DNA of 64,000 bases, from contig JADJPQ010000004.1 of the NCBI GenBank assembly GCA_016713175.1, positions 372,278 to 436,277 of the forward strand, written 5' to 3'. Position numbers and translations under genes: made by a program. Source of the DNA: Planctomycetota bacterium (GTDB taxonomy: Bacteria; Planctomycetota; UBA1135; UBA2386). Numbering within the stretch: the first letter of the stretch is position 1; each line of letters begins with the position of its first letter. The notes under the pieces were generated by a model. It was given only the letters and a program-made list of their open reading frames with translations. It made no database searches and was not told where the DNA came from. Below, in pieces: positions 60,516-64,000 of the stretch.

Positions 60516-63500
60516 CATGACTTCGACGACACCCGAGGATCCCGTCCTGGCAATGCTCGACGAATGGCAGTTGGCGCGAGACGCTGGCGCGCCGCGCGCG
60601 CCGGAGGAGATCTGGGCCAGGCACGTGGAGTGGCATCACCTGCAACCGTCGCCGTGGCCACAGTTTGTCGCCAAGGTCGCGCTGCTGCTGAAGGCCGAGG
60701 GGATGGGCTTGCATGGCAATGCAAGTCTCGCCCCCCCGATTCCCGTCGAGCAGATGCCGGCGCCTGCACTCGGGCCGGCCATCACCCATTTCCGTGACCT
60801 GAAGCACGTCGATCACGGTGGACTCGGCGTGGTGTATTCGGCGATGCATGACGAGTCCGGCCGTCGGGTGGCGATCAAGGTGCCGCGACCGGACAAGATC
60901 ATGCTGCGGGAGACCGAGGAGCGGTTTCGACAGGAGGCGGTGCTGACAGCAAGGCTGGATCACCCGGGGATCGTGGCCGTCCTGGGCCAGGGATGTACAG
61001 GTGACGGGCGACCGTACTACGCGATGCAACTGGTCGAGGGCCGGTCGCTGCAGGACTGCATCGAGGAGCACTTCCAGGACTTCCCGGTGGGCGCGAAGTC
61101 TGTCGACCAGAGCCTGAGGTTCCGGCAGCTCGTTGGCTACATGGTGATGGTCTGCAACACGGTGGCCTATGCGCACGAGCAAGGTGTCCTGCATCGGGAT
61201 CTGAAGCCGGCCAACATCCGGATCGGCACGTTCGAGCGTGTGCACGTGCTCGACTGGGGCCTGGCGAAGAGCCGCGATGCCGGCAATCAGGGTGACGATG
61301 GGGTCACGGGCCCGACGCCACCGGGACACACCACACCCGGGCGAGCCATGGGAACCGTGTCGTTCGCGAGTCCGGAACAGGCGGCCGGCGACACCGACGC
61401 CATCGACCATCGCAGTGACGTGTATGGACTGGGCGCGACGCTCTACTGCATCCTGACCGGCAAGCCACCGTTCGGCGAGGAGTCGCACTCGAAAACCAAG
61501 CGGCGAGTCCTGAGCGGGGATTTCCCAAGACCGCGGTCGGTGAATCCATCGGTGGACCGGGCCCTGGAGCGGATCTGTCTCGTCGCCATGGCGCTGCGAC
61601 GGGAAGATCGATATGCGGCGGTGGCGAAGCTCGGAGACGACCTGCGCCGTTGGCTTGCGGACGAGCTGATCAGCGTGGAGAAGGACAACTGGCTTCGCTG
61701 GACGGTGCGGTGGCGGCGGCGCAACCGAGCGGTCGCGCGGGTGATCGACGGGGGGCTGGTGGTGGCCACCGTGGCGGTGATCGCCCTGGCGACGGTGTGG
61801 GGAGAGTATTCGCGCAAAGCCGAGACAAGGCAGCGGGTCGAGGCGCTCCTGCGCGACGGCGATGCGAAGCTCTTGGCCCACCAGTATGACGGTGCGCGTG
61901 CTGACTACGTGGCGGCGCAACGATTGTCGAGCACCGAGACGGACCTCGAGGAGCTGGTGCAGCGGGTTCGTGGCGCGACGGACCGTCTTGGTGTGCATTG
62001 GCGGGGTCGTGAGTTCCTTCGTCGAGCCGAGGAGGTGGAGTTCCAGATCATGGGCAGCTACTGGAAGCTGCTGCCATCCGAAGAGACCCCGGACCGCCGA
62101 GCGATCCACTATCCCGGGGAACGCCTCGGCGACCTCGCGACGGGCGAGGCCGGGGCTCGCCAGGCGCTCTTGGACCTCGGGATTGGCCCGGTTCAGGATC
62201 CGTTCTCGGAGCTTGCCAAGGCGCAGGTTCCGGCGCCGGAGGTGGCGAAGGTGCGCCGCCGAGCTGCCGAGATCACCTTCCTGGCCGGAATCGCTCATGA
62301 GCGCTTGGGTCAGGCCGAGCCGGAACCCGCGCAGGTGGTTTGCCGGCAGCAGGCGCTGGCGGATCTCGACGCCGCCAAGTCACTTGGCATGCGCGACCGC
62401 GTGGTCGACTGGTTCCGCGCGGAGATTCTGGAGCGGAGTGGCGCAGCCGACGAGGCAAAGACAATCCGTGAGACCCTGAACCAACGCCCTTACGAGAGTA
62501 TCCTCGATTTCCAGTTCGCTGCGGTGGAGCATGCTCGCGGATTGCGCTGGGAGGAGTCGATCGAGGCCTATCTCGTGTCCGGCGTGATGCAGTCCAAGAA
62601 CTACTGGACATTCTACCGGACCGCGAAGGCCCTGGAGCGGGCAGGACGGCCCAAGCATGCCGAAGCCGTGTTTCGAGCGTGTCTGCGACTGGTTCCGGGT
62701 GACGCAACATCGCAGAACAGTCTTGGCTCGCTGCTTTCGGATCAGAAGCGGTACGCCGAGGCGGTCGTCGAGTTGGAGGCTGTGATTCGGCACAACCCTG
62801 ACTACCTGATGGCCTACACCAACTTGATGCTCGCCCATGCCGAGTTGCGCGATTTGAACAGCGTGCTTGCCGTGCATCAACAGCTGCTGGCGCGGCCGAT
62901 CGACAAACACACCGAAGCCATTGCCTGGGAGAATCTCGGCATTGTTCATGAGCGGCTTGGCGATAACGCCATGGCGTTGGCCAACTACGACAAGGCGGTG
63001 GTGGCCGATCCGCAATCGAAGAGTGCGAAGCGCAATCGGGCAGTTGCGCTGACGAAGCTACGCCGTTACGAAGATGCCGAGGCCGAATTGGCGAGCGCGA
63101 TTGCTTTGGCGCCGAGGGACGGCGAGCTGCGCTACCTGCTGGGCAATGTGTTTGCGGAAAACGAGCAGCTTGCCAGAGCCGTCAGCGAGTACACCGCGGC
63201 CTTGTCGCTGGCACCGGGTTTCGTGGCCGCTCGGCACAACCGAGCGCTCATGCTGAGCAAGCTCGACCGGTTCGAGGAGGCGATCCTGGATCACCGTGCC
63301 GTACTCCAGGCAGAGCCAGCGCATGCGACGGCGCTGCCGGACATCGGCAGTCTGTACGCCAGAATGGCCCGGACCCAGCGGGAACCCTTGCGCCGTAGGA
63401 CCCTGCTCCGAGCGCAGGCGGTCTACCTCGAGCTTCTCGACAAAGAGCCGCGCAACGTCGAGGTGCTCCTCGATGCGGGCCAGATTCACGGGGACTTGGG

Positions 63501-64000
63501 CCAGTTTGTCGAAGGGCACGGACCGGACGCGGACCTTCGCCGGAGCGAGGATCTGCTGTCGCGCGCAATCGAGCTGCAGCCGGCAGACGCGCGGAACTTC
63601 CGCGCCCGCGGGGTCACCAGGCTCAGGGCCCAGGAATGGCGCGGCGCCATCGACGACTGGCAGGAGTACCTGCGTCTGAAGCCGGATGCGCAGGATCGCG
63701 ACGGGATCCTCAACGACTCAAGCAATGCCTGGTTGGGTCTCGGCGACGCGGCCAGGGCTGTCGATGCTCTCGATTCGATCGACGGGCGTCTGCACGACTC
63801 GCGGTACCTGGGCAACCTGGGCAACGCCAGGCTGCAGGCGGGCGATCTGATTGCCGCGATTGCGGCCGTCGAGCAGGCAATCGCCGAGGGGAAGCCGGAC
63901 GACCCGGACGCCCGGCCATGGGCGCTGCGAGGGCTCGCGCGCCTGCGGCAGGGTCGGTTTGCCGAGGCGGCCGACGACTTCGACGTCGCGCTCGAAATAG
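60516..64000 (+). CDS. Ser/Thr protein kinase with a TM helix and a long C-terminal TPR-repeat region (3' end runs off the window)
   Basis: Manual translation from ATG 60516 is open to the window end. Kinase motifs are present (GGLGVVY, VAIKV, HRDLKPANIRI, DWGLAK, GTVSFASPEQ). The TM segment GGLVVATVAVIALATVW is followed by more than 700 aa of TPR-like repeats. It is absent from the ORF track, presumably because it has no stop codon. Confidence 0.75.

Noticed and set aside
60322-62298. 658-aa minus-strand ORF
   Set aside because: Antisense to the Ser/Thr kinase–TPR gene, which I translated manually with all kinase motifs intact.

Overview
This is a 64 kb high-GC (about 70%) bacterial chromosomal segment. 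The gene content points to Planctomycetota: a DUF1549/DUF1553 plus DUF1501 pair, a planctomycete-type cytochrome c/redoxin fusion, two ECF sigma factor/Ser-Thr kinase pairs, and a kinase fused to an FGE domain. I call about 45 protein-coding genes. No rRNA, tRNA or CRISPR arrays were seen.

Most of the window is housekeeping and envelope functions. These include a GH29 fucosidase, a hybrid histidine kinase, esterases, an SSF symporter, a flotillin–NfeD pair, a CorC/HlyC-type protein, FadE, an S46 peptidase, NUDIX and ROK proteins, a YciI-like protein next to an ECF sigma factor, and aconitase A.

The most interesting region is 19.0–24.7 kb. The 3' end of an EamA transporter gene is present as three tandem direct copies: the intact gene end plus two decayed fragments. 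Between and beside these copies lie a 1.8 kb islet (a PD-(D/E)xK-like small gene and a 378-aa unknown gene) and a lower-GC, translationally coupled pair of secreted proteins. This looks like the footprint of repeated site-specific integration into a gene 3' end, although no integrase is present.

Other oddities are:
- aconitase A carrying a roughly 135-aa histone-H1-like Lys/Ala/Pro tail;
- a LigD-like protein (phosphoesterase + polymerase) whose central ligase module appears to have lost its catalytic KxDG lysine and its OB domain;
- a Ser/Thr kinase–FGE fusion followed by a tiny lysine-rich protein;
- a terpenoid-cyclase-repeat protein translationally coupled to an ECF sigma factor and a TPR-containing Ser/Thr kinase.

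Many long ORFs in the supplied track are antisense or out-of-frame artefacts of the high GC content and are rejected below. All functional calls rest on motifs recognised by eye, not on database searches.
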